DNA of 64,000 nucleotides from Catajapyx aquilonaris. Lineage: Eukaryota. Below are positions 1 through 11,253 of the stretch, piece by piece. A program made the translations under genes and the position numbers. The stretch spans positions 1 through 64,000 of the forward strand of contig KZ538385.1 of NCBI GenBank assembly GCA_000934665.2, in the 5' to 3' direction. The notes beneath the pieces were generated by a model, which saw only the letters and a list, made by a program, of their open reading frames with translations, ran no database searches and was not told where the DNA came from. Position 1 is the first letter of the stretch. Every line of letters begins with the position of its first letter.

Positions 1-125
1 TTCTTTGCAACATTGATAAGAGGACACAAAACTGCGTAACATATGTTTTTTTCATAAAATTCTCATTGAGTGACTCTAGCTTCATTTCCACCTTAAAAGG
101 CGGCCATTTTGGGTATGGGAGAGGC

Positions 126-265
126 AGTGCTGCCATCTATGGCTATTCCGGCAGATACTGTCGCCATCTATTGACATTTCAGCACTATTGTGGACTCACT
201 GCTGCCATCTATGGGTCATCTGGGATGCTCCGTCAGATACTGTCGCCATCTGTTGGCACTATTCT
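126..265. repeat. Degenerate tandem duplication rich in GCCATCT
   Basis: The unit tgctgccatctatgg...cagatactgtcgccatct occurs twice with a period of about 70-80 bp. Confidence 0.7.
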
Positions 266-3200
266 GTTCAGATGGCTGCATACCTGTCTGCGCCTAGTTG
301 TTGACCTCGCAACACAATAAATTTTGAAGCGTAGGCCCTAATCTTATCATACGTGTCACCGCGGGTAGCCTGGAAGCCCAGTCTGTGGCATTGTACACAA
401 TTGAATTAATACATAATGGGGGCAATCCGGTCTTGTAGACATGGGGCTACCCCCATCCGGCCACTTTTCAAACATTGACACCTTGAATACGGAAAAAGTC
501 GGGCCCAATCACGCGATAAAGAGGGGGGGGGGGATAGAGGTAGCCTACATTAATGGTCACGAAGAGAGGCCCGAAGCTTCCGTTATGTATCTCTTGATAA
601 GAGCCTCGCTACCTCCGTTGAAAATTCGCTTCCTGACCGTACTTTTTATACTGGCATGCACAAGTTTATCGCCAAATGTCATCGCCTTGTGGGAGGTTCC
701 CAAAACGTGATCAATCACGACCTCTTCCCCCTCACATAATGTCCTCTTCCGTTCTATTCAACCGAGCCGATACACAGGGTGAGCCATCCAGTGGATACGT
801 TGACCCAAAACAAATCGAAAATGTAGGGGCGAGAAATGTCGGGAAACTAACCAGTAACAAGGTACACGACATTGAACTGACAGAGTTAGGCTAGGTCAGG
901 TTAGGTAGAAGTTCAATGTCGTCTAACAAGTTACCGGTTAGTTTCTCTACATTTCTCACCCCTACCTTTTCGACTTGTTTCGCTCCAATCTATCGACTGC
1001 AGTTCTGGATCAGACTGTGGCAGCTTCCCTCCTTTTCCTTCAGCCTTTTGAAAATTGTTGGTTAAACATGGAGGCCAAGGTGGTGATTTACCGGGGTCGA
1101 TTAGACGATCGGCGTGAACGGTCCGGATTCGGTCTGCAGCTGGACTTGATTGGATTTTTGAAGGGAATCCGTGCAAGTAGCCCCTCCATCCCTTCTCTTC
1201 TGCAACAAAGTCAGTGTCCTTTGACCTTCCCGTAGCCATGGCAAAGGCGCATTCCGCAACGGTGCACAAGGGAAACGTGGGAAGAGGGCAGTGCGTGTCC
1301 TTCCTGTGTGTATTTTTTTTTCTTTCGTCTCCTTCTTCTTCTTCTCCATAAATGGCGGCCAATGCCTGCGGAAGAACAATTGAAGGTTGCCTTTTAATCG
1401 GACCTTTTCCGGCAGCCGAGTTGCACTGATTCCTTCGGCGATACTCATTATTTGTGCAAGAGGTCAACAATTTCCAGCTTGAACTTGTGCCGGAATGAAG
1501 GAAGAAGAGCCAAGGTCGTTGAATCCGACGCGTATATCCGGACTTGGAATGTAGGATACCGTGTGAATATCGGATTCATTACAGCAAATTAATGGGAATA
1601 TTTATTACGTCATATGCAGACAAACAGCGATTGTTATGTCAATTTAAGCTTTACAAGCTCATTGTCAATTGACGGAGATAATATTTTTTTCGGATTATAT
1701 CATTGCAGCTGTTCACAGTGTTACGCAGAAAAGTTTGAATATGTATACGAGAGATTATTGCAAGTGTCTCAGTACGTGCAATAATCGTGAAGGATCAAAC
1801 TCTCCTCATCGATAATATCGTTCTTAGATTGGTTTTCTCCCCTATCCTGGTCACGCCCGAAATCACTCAAAAAGTAGTCACTTTAATCCAAATTTTTTTC
1901 TTGCACCCTCTAATTTTTGCTAAACCGGCATGTGATAAAGATATAACGAAAGTGGTAATGTGGGAAAGTGATTTTTTTTTTCTGGCGTGGTCCATCTCTC
2001 GAAGTGACCACTTTTTGATGAAATTGTCAGATTATAGCCCTCATCCTTCAATCCGAAAAGCAAAAAAAAAAAATTAGTGCATGGAAAGGGAATGGGGCGG
2101 GAGGCCCTTAATAAGTTAATTGCAATACTGTAGCAAAAGGCCCCTTTAACTAGTTGGAAAACCAGGAGTAACTGTGAATCCACGTGAAAATTTCTGAGAG
2201 AAAACTGTATACGTGTGCGTTTAACTCCAATCCACTTAAACGCTAGTTTTCTCCGCCTCTTTTTCCACCCTTGTAAGCAGATTTGGCAAAGGTTGAAGTT
2301 ACGCGGGGACGATAAACCCGGATTTTTATTTTGAAATTATAAAACACAATAACAAAATAAAAGTAAATAACTCTAAAACGTGATAGCAATAGTTGAATAA
2401 CAACGAAAAAAATGAAATGAAAATGAAATTAAATGAAACAGAATAATGCACAAATATTCGCGTAACATTCAAGAAAATGCAAATGACCTGTGCATACAGA
2501 ATAAGTAGCAAACACTCTAATAGACACAATAAACATTATTTTATTAATAAATAAAAAATTAAAATGAAGTAATAAATATAATGCCGGCAATAATATGTAA
2601 TAAAAATATATCATAGGCTATGATTTGTAATTACATATTATATGTAATATGCTAATTATATTATGCTATATTATATTTAAAACAGAAATGAAACATATTA
2701 GGCATAAGCCCGATTTTATAAATCTATAAAAAATAAGTAGCAACTAATGAACTACTCGTACTTGTAGTTTGCATACGTATTTTCTCCCCAAAATTTTGAT
2801 ATGACCTGATATGTTAATGAGACCCCCCCAGAGTGGACATTTCCTAGTCCTTTCTAAAAATGTAAATTTTTGTCAGTTAGTTGAGTCGGTGTGGGGCGTA
2901 CCTGGCGTCAAATCTTCTAGTCCCCCTAACCCGCCTTAAAATCCAACGGAGCGAGACGGAAATGCAAATTTTGAGTACATACGTGTATGTATACAAGGAC
3001 TGGGCGAATGCGGATCTGGTTTGGTCGCCTTGTTACCCATCTGGACTTGACTCTGTTATTTTTTTTTTGGACAGCACGTAATATTCGGGTCAGATGACCG
3101 CGAAATTTCTTGATTGGGTGGAAATTGCCCGGCGGTTATTTTTTCCTGAGTTTGCGGTTTTAATTGAATGGACGCGGAGGAGTTGTCGGACTCGTGTGGT

Positions 3201-3894
3201 GGTTTAGTTTACTTTTTTTTTCCACGGGACGATTCCTCCAGGTGTGGTTTTTTTTTGTTTATCGCAGAAGAATGTGCCGGTATCTAGCAAAAATCAAGGA
3301 GTGATTGCTAGTTAAATTGTTATATTATAAAAACTGAATTTGCTCGCTTTCTATATGGAAAAGCATTGCACCAATTCATTTTTTGAATCCATGGATTTCA
3401 CCCAGCCCCCTCATTTAAAAAAAAAAAAAAACAGCTCGTTTTCGTGCTATCACATGATTAGTGTCATTATGTCAGATTAAAATCTTCTCTCCAGCCCACC
3501 ATCATCCCCTTTAGAATGGATTTTTGCACATCGGCATGAAAGTCGGGCTGTAATTGTTGCTCTTAAATGCTGTTGTTGTAAAGACAATAAGATAACTAGT
3601 ATTGAAAAACATAAACAAAAAATAAAAAATATTACAACGGAGGAATAAACAGTGCGAAGGAATTTTCAAAAGTAATAGATCAATTTTTTTAAAGAAAACA
3701 AAATCCTATATCGTATAAATGAAATGGAAATATTATATATCAGTAAGACGAATGAAAAATGGGTTTAATTATAAATTATTACAAATTAATTAATAATAAT
3801 TAAGCCCATGTTAGTTTATTATTATAATCATGAATTAACAATAACAAGCCAACAATCTATTTCATAATGTGTAAATCTGTACAGTATACTGTAC

Positions 3895-4050
3895 TGTATA
3901 AAAGGCAAAGTTTGTTTGTCCCATTTCATACCCATTTTATACCAATTTCATACCGTCCGTATGTATAAAAGGCAAAGTTGGTTTGTCTGTCCATTTTATA
4001 CCAACATCTTACCCATTTTATCGTACCCATGCGAAATATTGGTTTCCTAT
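3895..4050 (+). repeat. Interspersed repeat family F with internal tandem subunits
   Basis: The unit tgtataaaaggcaaagtt.gtttgtc..ccattt.atacc occurs twice. Reverse-complement copies lie at 6350-6455 and 34345-34745. Confidence 0.75.
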
Positions 4051-6349
4051 ACTTATAAATAGTGAATGGATATAAATTAGGCGAGCATACAATTAATCCA
4101 GTTTTTATGTTGGCATGACATCTGGCTTTAGCACATTTTTTGTTTCTTCATTTTTTTTAAATCGAACGATTACTGTACAACTTCCGACTCTCACTGGTTG
4201 GCCAGAATTTTACCAAAGACAATGCCGATTTTAACTGTACATCTGGTTATGCAACAGTAATGTTATGTGTGCTGCACCGTTGCTACATCCTCGATGCTCC
4301 TTGCACCATGAAAACATATTCTTATTATGTGCTCCACATATGTTATGCAATCCGGGCCTGATATACAAACACACAAAAAGTCCCAATTCCCTCGTACTAC
4401 AAGTTATGCTCATTTCCCCCCCCCCCCNTCCCCAACCTTCTTATAATCGTGGCCTCGAAACAAGGTTAGCTTCCACTCCACCTCCTTACCTTTTGTTCAT
4501 GATTCGCAAAAGGGTCGCTGAAACCTTTTTTTGCAAAAATGGGGCCAATTTGGCGCATGCATCGCGACTTTAGCATGGGTTTCCTTATCTGGAACTAGAC
4601 CGTCTTACAAAATGGCCCAGCTCCGCCCCCTTTTTCTCAAGAGCCCAGGCATTGTCTTAAAGTAGGAAATAAATTATGTCTCTTCTTCTTCTGCTGCTTG
4701 TGGGACGTAATAATTGAGTCCTGAACATCCGCCGAAATGGGAAACAAAACAGAACGTTCGTGACTGTTATTTTATTTTTTTCTTCCAGAGAAGATGGGGG
4801 CCAGCACACACACATAAGAATTTCTATTCATGTTTTGAGTGGGAAGAGCCAAAAAGGGGAGCAATTTTCTGGATCCAGGAAGCTGCGTGAGGAAACATTT
4901 TTTGGGCAACTTAATGACTCCTTGGGGGGTATTGTTAGACGTGCTGTAATTGGATAAGAGCAGGGTATGTGCGGTATTCAGAAAAAAGGGGTTCATGTTA
5001 TCCGCACACACACTCGCATAGTACTTGTTTGTTACGTCAACACATTCTGTTGCTATATGATCCCAAATTGTACAAATAGGAAGAATTATTTTCTCATTAT
5101 CAATATCCATAGTCAATTTTTACGTGCTTATAGGTTTTTATTATACATTGTTGTCATGGGCTCGAAATCACAAAGAATAATTTTATCATCATTAATATCC
5201 GTAATAATTTTCATATGAATTTGTATTGATGCATTGAATAATTCTTGCACAAATATGAAGAATTTTCTCATGGTTAATATTCACAGTACTTTTACGTGCT
5301 TATGGACTCAAAATGCACCAAAAAATTATCACAATTAATATCCACAATAATTTATAATTTTCATATATAAGCAAATATTTCGTGATTAACATCCCATAAT
5401 AATTTATTATTAAGTGTCAGTAATATCCATAGAAATTCTGCCTTTCCACCTAAATTATGAATTTTCCGCATATTTTCTCCAATTTTGCATATATTAGGCG
5501 CATGATCATTTACGAAGTCAATTATGTGTAGAAAATGCACCGTTTCATATATGCTTAAAAGCGGTTTGTAATAAAAGGGTTAAAGAGCGGATGTTATAAT
5601 TGGACACAGCAGCAGAAGTTGGAATAATGCTCATATGTTTATTGAAGCAGGGTAATTGGCTGAGCAGTGTACAGTAAACAAATATTTTATCTCATGCATC
5701 ATGTGGATTTTTTGGGGGCCATTTACGACGTTTAATTCGATCAAGTGAACGCCTCGGGCGCCATAAAATATGGCCTACTTTATTAACCCACACCTGGATA
5801 CTTATAATATAAGGCTTACAAGTATAAAAAAAAGTCATTTTTAGTGGGCGTGTTCGCAAAATGTCAACTTTTTTTTGCGCTTCCGCGAAAATACCTGAGG
5901 CGCGCAAAATATTTTTTGATGAAAAGGCGCAAGTCACGTCATTTCTGAAAGCGTATTTATAACCCCAAGAGCCAACAAACGAGGTCATTGTTAGTGTGTT
6001 GTTTTTTTTCCTTCAAGATTTTTTGGCTGGAAGGGAAATGCTTTTAGCCGGATATCACTTATGCGTCGCTTTCCAAGGCGAAAAGGAGAGGCTTAATTTC
6101 CACTCCCAATTGGCCAAAAGGTTACCTGTTGGGCCGGAGCCTTTGCCCAAATTGAGGGTTTAGACTGAGGCGATTACAGTCATCGCACTGAGCAAATTGC
6201 ATGGAGAGAGAAAATTGTATTGAGCCACGTATATGTGAGGAGCATGTAGGGGAAAAGCGAAGGTGGGATTGAAACGTGAGCAACTTTTTTTGTTATATTA
6301 CAAAAATTATTGAGCAACTTGAGACCTGTGCTATATTAACACACTATAG

Positions 6350-6455
6350 CAGGGAACCCATTTTTCTCACGGGGATAAAGTGGGTACGAAATGGATATGA
6401 AATTGGCATAAAATGGACAAACAAACAAGCGAAGTTTCCTTTTTATACATACAGA
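6350..6455 (-). repeat. Repeat family F copy
   Basis: Contains tggcataaaatggacaaacaaacaag...ccttttatacatac. Confidence 0.7.
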
Positions 6456-8002
6456 TAAGCGAATGATACGACATGTTTTAATTAAGTAAAAACCTACATT
6501 TAATAAGTGCAGAAATTTTGTGTAAGTAAATAATGCTGATGAAGTGTGCAATTTTTCTATAAAATGGTGAATAATGTGCGAATATTGAATTTTCAGTGAA
6601 TAATCATACCACATACAGTACCGGTATTAATTGGTTTCGGAAATTTTAAATTATTATTTTTTGCAATAATTCGCTACTTATTACCGATATGAAAGTCCTC
6701 GTATTGCACCGCCCTATATCTCAGATGTCTCTGAATATATTGTTTTGGCTTTCCAAACGAGTACAATGGACATTGTTGTGCCGCGCCTTGTTGGGATAGG
6801 TTTTCATAAGATATGTTAGGTAAGCAAAGAAGGTTTCGTAACTTGGCAAGGACAATGATACTCCAGGCCGTTATCAATGAAATGAAGGCATGAAATAAAT
6901 CACTTGTCTTGTTACGTCAAACAATGCTTTATGCGCTTTAGTTAACACCTTCTTGTGTGACCTTAAGCGGCAGTAAAAATTTTATTGTCGAATCGAACCC
7001 GCTAACTTCACCCTAAGGCCTGCATGTGTTTGAATGTAACGATGACTTAATCCTGGATTTTTTTTCCGGCCTAAAATTATTAAAATACACCTACAGGGCT
7101 CCAAGGTCCTCACATTCACACTAATTACGTCCGCCTTGTAAATTTTTTTATGCATCTAATCAATCTAATGTATTCCATGTGAGTTTAGTCGTGACCTACA
7201 TCCACAGGAGGTTGGTTACTTTTAACTCTCTGTTTTGAAAAGCTTGCTGACTCCGCGTTTATTTAGTGTGAATAAGCACCGCTTATTAGTTGGTTGGTTT
7301 TTTTTACACACGTGTATTATTCCAACTCTTGATTGGAGAGGAGACAAAGAGAAGTGTCCGGAGCTTGGGAAACCACCTTTCTGTTTCATTATCATTGGAT
7401 TGTGACGAATGAGGTGCCGGCCCCCTTTTTGGAGACACTAGGCACCTTCCAAGGGCACCTCGTGACTTACTCTGGCAATGGGAGTCCCACAGTTTCCTAC
7501 TGAAAGACTTGGGTGGCCGTACACAGGGTGGTTCAACCACTGCTTTAAAAAAAATACAGATTCCCCATGAATTTGTAAGTAACTGCTACTGACTCAAAAT
7601 ACAGGCTTGTGACACGCATTTTCTTGCATATCAGTTATTGACTGTCTAACTTTTGTCGCTTTTTATCAATTTAATTAATATTTTTATTAATTTTACTTGT
7701 TTATTAATTTAACTTGTTTATTAATTTTGCAGTTATTTTATCTATTAATTTTACTTGTTTATTTTATCTATTAATTTTTATTTCATTGATATTTATTTAA
7801 TATTTTTATTTGTTTGTTTTTATTTTTGTTTTTATTTCGTTATATATTATAGTACGGCATATTTATTTTATTTTGTTTATTTATTATATTATATATTATA
7901 GTACCGGTATATTTATATTCTGTTATTTATATAATTATATTATATTTAGTATATTTAGTATTTATTTTATTTATACTTATTTTTATTATATTATAGCAGT
8001 TA

Positions 8003-8258
8003 GTGTCCACAGACCCCAATTGTGTGGCGATCCTGGCGCACGATTCCGCCTATTAGTAGAATCGTCCATCAGGATCGCCCCACACTTTGGGACTACACCA
8101 GCGCCAAAGCGGCAACCCCCGTCCCTACGAGGCCAATAAAGCTCACGGGGGTCTCCATAAGGCTGGGGTAGGAGTTGCAAGCTAAAAGTAATATAATATT
8201 TTCTTCTGGCTATACATGTAGGCTGTAAGTTTCTATTTCTTGTTGGACCACCCTGTGT
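8003..8258 (+). mobile_element. Family B hairpin repeat followed by a CACCCTG terminus
   Basis: The blocks actacaccagcgcc..agcggcaacccc and ctccataaggctggggtagga are shared with the 45.1-45.3 kb copy. The segment ttcttgttggaccaccctg closely matches the reverse complement of the terminus at 45008. Confidence 0.7.
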
Positions 8259-8289
8259 ACACAAAAAATATAATTTTTTCCGGTTGTTT

Positions 8290-8563
8290 TTTGTTGGGTT
8301 CTCTCATCGCGCCCTCCCCGCACCTGGAGAAGTTAGCTGTGAGAGTTCCCAAGGGCATGAGGGCGGGTTCTTTTCTCAGTGGCTGCCTGTAGCTGCTTCA
8401 ATTACCCCACTTCAAACCCTTCCCCTGAGGCCTACCTCTGAGAAGGTGAGCCTCCAGGAGAATTTTTTGGTGGGCAAGGTGAAAAGGACCGGACAGGGTT
8501 TATGGAGAACTCAAAACGGGTATTGACACCGGCTGCTGTCTAATCCTGAGCAAAAGCAAAAAG
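8290..8563 (+). other. Candidate non-coding 5' UTR exon of the STOX-like gene
   Basis: Good donor AAG|GTATGT at 8564. The acceptor at 10961 requires some upstream exon. Joining these two places an in-frame TGA upstream of ATG 10975. The 5' boundary is a guess. Confidence 0.3.
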
Positions 8564-10450
8564 GTATGTTGTCCCGTTTTTCTGGTCCGAGGATAACGAC
8601 CCCCAGAGCTTTTGAACCATTTTGAACCTGCTACCTGTACGGGTTTATTATTGGCGGGTAATAAACTGATTTCACGTTTGTAATAATTGGAGCAGGATCC
8701 GCCATCTTTAATTAGCGGAACTGTTTGTGTTTTTTTTAAAAAAAGGAAAATCAAATATTTTGCTGATTGCATGAACACAATTAGCGCAATTGTGCAAATT
8801 TGATATCACACTTTTGCGATAGTCGGCAAACATTTGGTATATTATGATCAGAGGTGGAAAATAAGGGCTCCCAGATGTGCTGTAAAATGGACCACTTGGA
8901 GGCAAAAGATGCAATCTGTGTTTGTGTGCGACTAACTAAACCCGGGAGCAAACCATGACTTCATGCTTTAAAAAAAAACCGTTGGCTAATCACATCCGAT
9001 TTCCAAATGGCGTAATTGTCGCACTTGACGAGTTCATTCCCTGCAGCTGATTTACCTCATCCGCATCTTTTGACAAAACTGGTTCAACAAAAAAGAGTGT
9101 CGTTAGTCCAACAGTTTTCCGGCTCTATGAATCTTCAGGGGTTTTTTTCCCCTCCCTCGAGTCATTCCCACCGAAAAAATAAATAAAAAAAGCGAAATAA
9201 ACTTTTGCCATCCAAGTGTACTCCTGGGAATAAAACATGACCCTCGTTAACCCAACACATGCGAAAGAGTTTATTCTGGCACACCATAGTGCAATACCCT
9301 CTGCACTGGAGGTAATTAAAACGTGGTAATCAGTATGTAATGGAGTTAGCCGGAATGCGATTTTTTTTTGGACATTAGTGGTAATTGTAACATGGCAATG
9401 ACGAGCAGAACAATTGAAGACCTCAATTCTATTCAGATGTGTCGCAGTGTCAATATATTTTTGGGGTCTGTGGGCTACTAGGTGGGGATCCCCCGCAACG
9501 TGCCCATTTTTTTTATTTAATGTTTTTTTTTTTACTCGAAACAAGGCAGACGAAATAAACCTCTATTGATGATGAGAGTTTGGGCCCTACTTCCCAAACC
9601 TGTCCAATTCGCCATGGTTTTACTGCCGCCCTCGTTTGAAACTCTTTTAGGAGAGATGATGCTGTACCAGGAAAGAAAGGGACACTTTGCCACTCCCTTA
9701 TTTTTCGCATTAATAGGTCTTGGTCGTACTTTTAAAAATAAGGATGACACTGCTTGTTTCAATAAGCTGCAGGTGTGTGTACTGAGCCCAAGTGCAAACA
9801 GTACAAGTTTAAAAAAAACACTAATGAGATGTTGCAATACCGGTTTTCTCATGTCCTTGCAAGGCCAACTGTGAAATATGGGCAGACATTTAGAAACAAT
9901 TGTTAGCCCGTAAGTATACAAACATTGTCGCATTGAGGAATTCGCGACATTTTGTGGAGGCGGAAATTCCACTCGCGCTTCCAAATATAGCAAATATTTG
10001 CAGCCGATGAAAAGCGGCCAGGGGCATTCCAAAAGTGGCGGAAATTCATTTCGTAAGTGGTCCTACCTCCCCCAGTTTCCTTGTGCTTTGTGCTGAGAAA
10101 CTGCTTTTGATGTCACGTGCTTTTGAAATCCCGCGAAACATTTTCTGAGTCAGAAGGTAAACAGTAGTAACTCGGCAGGGCCGGGCCGGAGATCTCGTTA
10201 ATTTACGTTTTAAGCAAGCAGGAGTAACGGAAATGGTGGTGAAGGGGGAAGGGAAATCCTTCCAAAAATTTCCATGTTCCCCTACCCTTCACGAACTAGG
10301 ACTAATTAAGTTAACAAGCGTTGCGAATCTGTTTAAAGCTTGGACGTGCACCAAGCAGCGTTTCACTTTCCATGATGGAATAACATGGGCCACCATGACA
10401 GTTACGGGCAACACACATCGACACAGTGTTTGTTAACTAATATTAAACAA

Positions 10451-10603
10451 CCGTTAGCGTTGGAAACACTTGCAGCGCAATACACCGTCTATACAGAGAG
10501 CTCTGTATAGACGGTGTATTGCGCTTACAAAATATTATTGATAATGCCAACCGTGCACTCTGCGCGAACTGTGGTGCGCATTCGTAAAGCAATTCATCTA
10601 TAG
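10451..10603 (+). mobile_element. MITE family A, 5'-truncated copy
   Basis: Shares tagcgttggaaa, gataatgccaaccgtgca and gcgcgaactgtggtgcgca with the other copies and ends in aattcatctatag. Confidence 0.8.
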
Positions 10604-10681
10604 TTTCTCCAATGATGCTATAACCAGCCGTTAAGAGCTAACAACAGTGGTTGTTATACCGCCTGGTTATCATTGTAGAAA

Positions 10682-10905
10682 CTATAGATGAATTGTTTTA
10701 CGAGTGCGCACCACAGTTCGCCCAGCATGCACGATTGGCATTATTAATGATAGTTTGTAAGCTGCATTTATTTCCAACGCTACGCTTGGGGGAAACCAAA
10801 ATGGCTGACGTGTGCGACGTTGCCATATCTCTGCAACGACTCTTAAGAGGCAGAACACTGGAGCTGCGCGAGTGTGGGTGCGCAGTCGATTGCGTTCGTT
10901 AAAAA
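10682..10905 (-). mobile_element. MITE family A copy
   Basis: Reverse complement of the family consensus (gtgcgcaccacagttcgc ... gagctgcgcgagtgtgggtgcgca). Confidence 0.85.
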
Positions 10906-10974
10906 CCACTGCCACCGTTGCCAATCTGACGAATTCTTATTTTCCTATATTCCTTTTCCAGCTTTCTTCTGGAG

Positions 10975-11253
10975 ATGATGTCTCCTGGTGGGAAGAAGGA
11001 CTCTCCGAAACACTACCGCTGCGTGGTGCTAGTCAACAAATGCCTGGCGATCCAGCTGGAGAAGCTGAATCGGCAGGTCCTGAGGGAGCTCAGCCCTCCG
11101 TCCAGGAAGTGCGGCAACAATGGAAGGAGCATCCCGAACGGAGGGAACGTGAGTCCCGTGGGTTCGACCGGGTCCAGCGTCTCCAGCGGGTCCAGCACCC
11201 CGACCCGTCTGGGAAATGACCCCCTGTCCGACAATGGATACCTGCTCTTCCAG
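10975..11253 (+). CDS. Stox: STOX-like coding exon 1 (MMSPGG...GYLLFQ)
   Basis: Acceptor ttccttttccag ends at 10961, ATG at 10975, donor CAG|GTGAGT at 11254. GC-rich codon-like composition. A phase 0 join continues the frame into exon 2. Confidence 0.85.

Noticed and set aside
931..1470. 179-aa minus-strand ORF and overlapping ORFs
   Set aside because: No recognisable domain. The region could be an upstream UTR exon or promoter of the STOX gene (AAATGGCGGCC near 1350), but I could not define boundaries.
2326..2760. Hydrophobic, membrane-protein-like ORFs in AT-rich tracts (also 7660-7995)
   Set aside because: Low-complexity AT-rich DNA gives F/I/L/Y-rich translations by chance.
4428..4428. 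Single N bases inside C or G homopolymers (also near 22368 and 46935)
   Set aside because: These are sequencing or assembly ambiguities, not biology.
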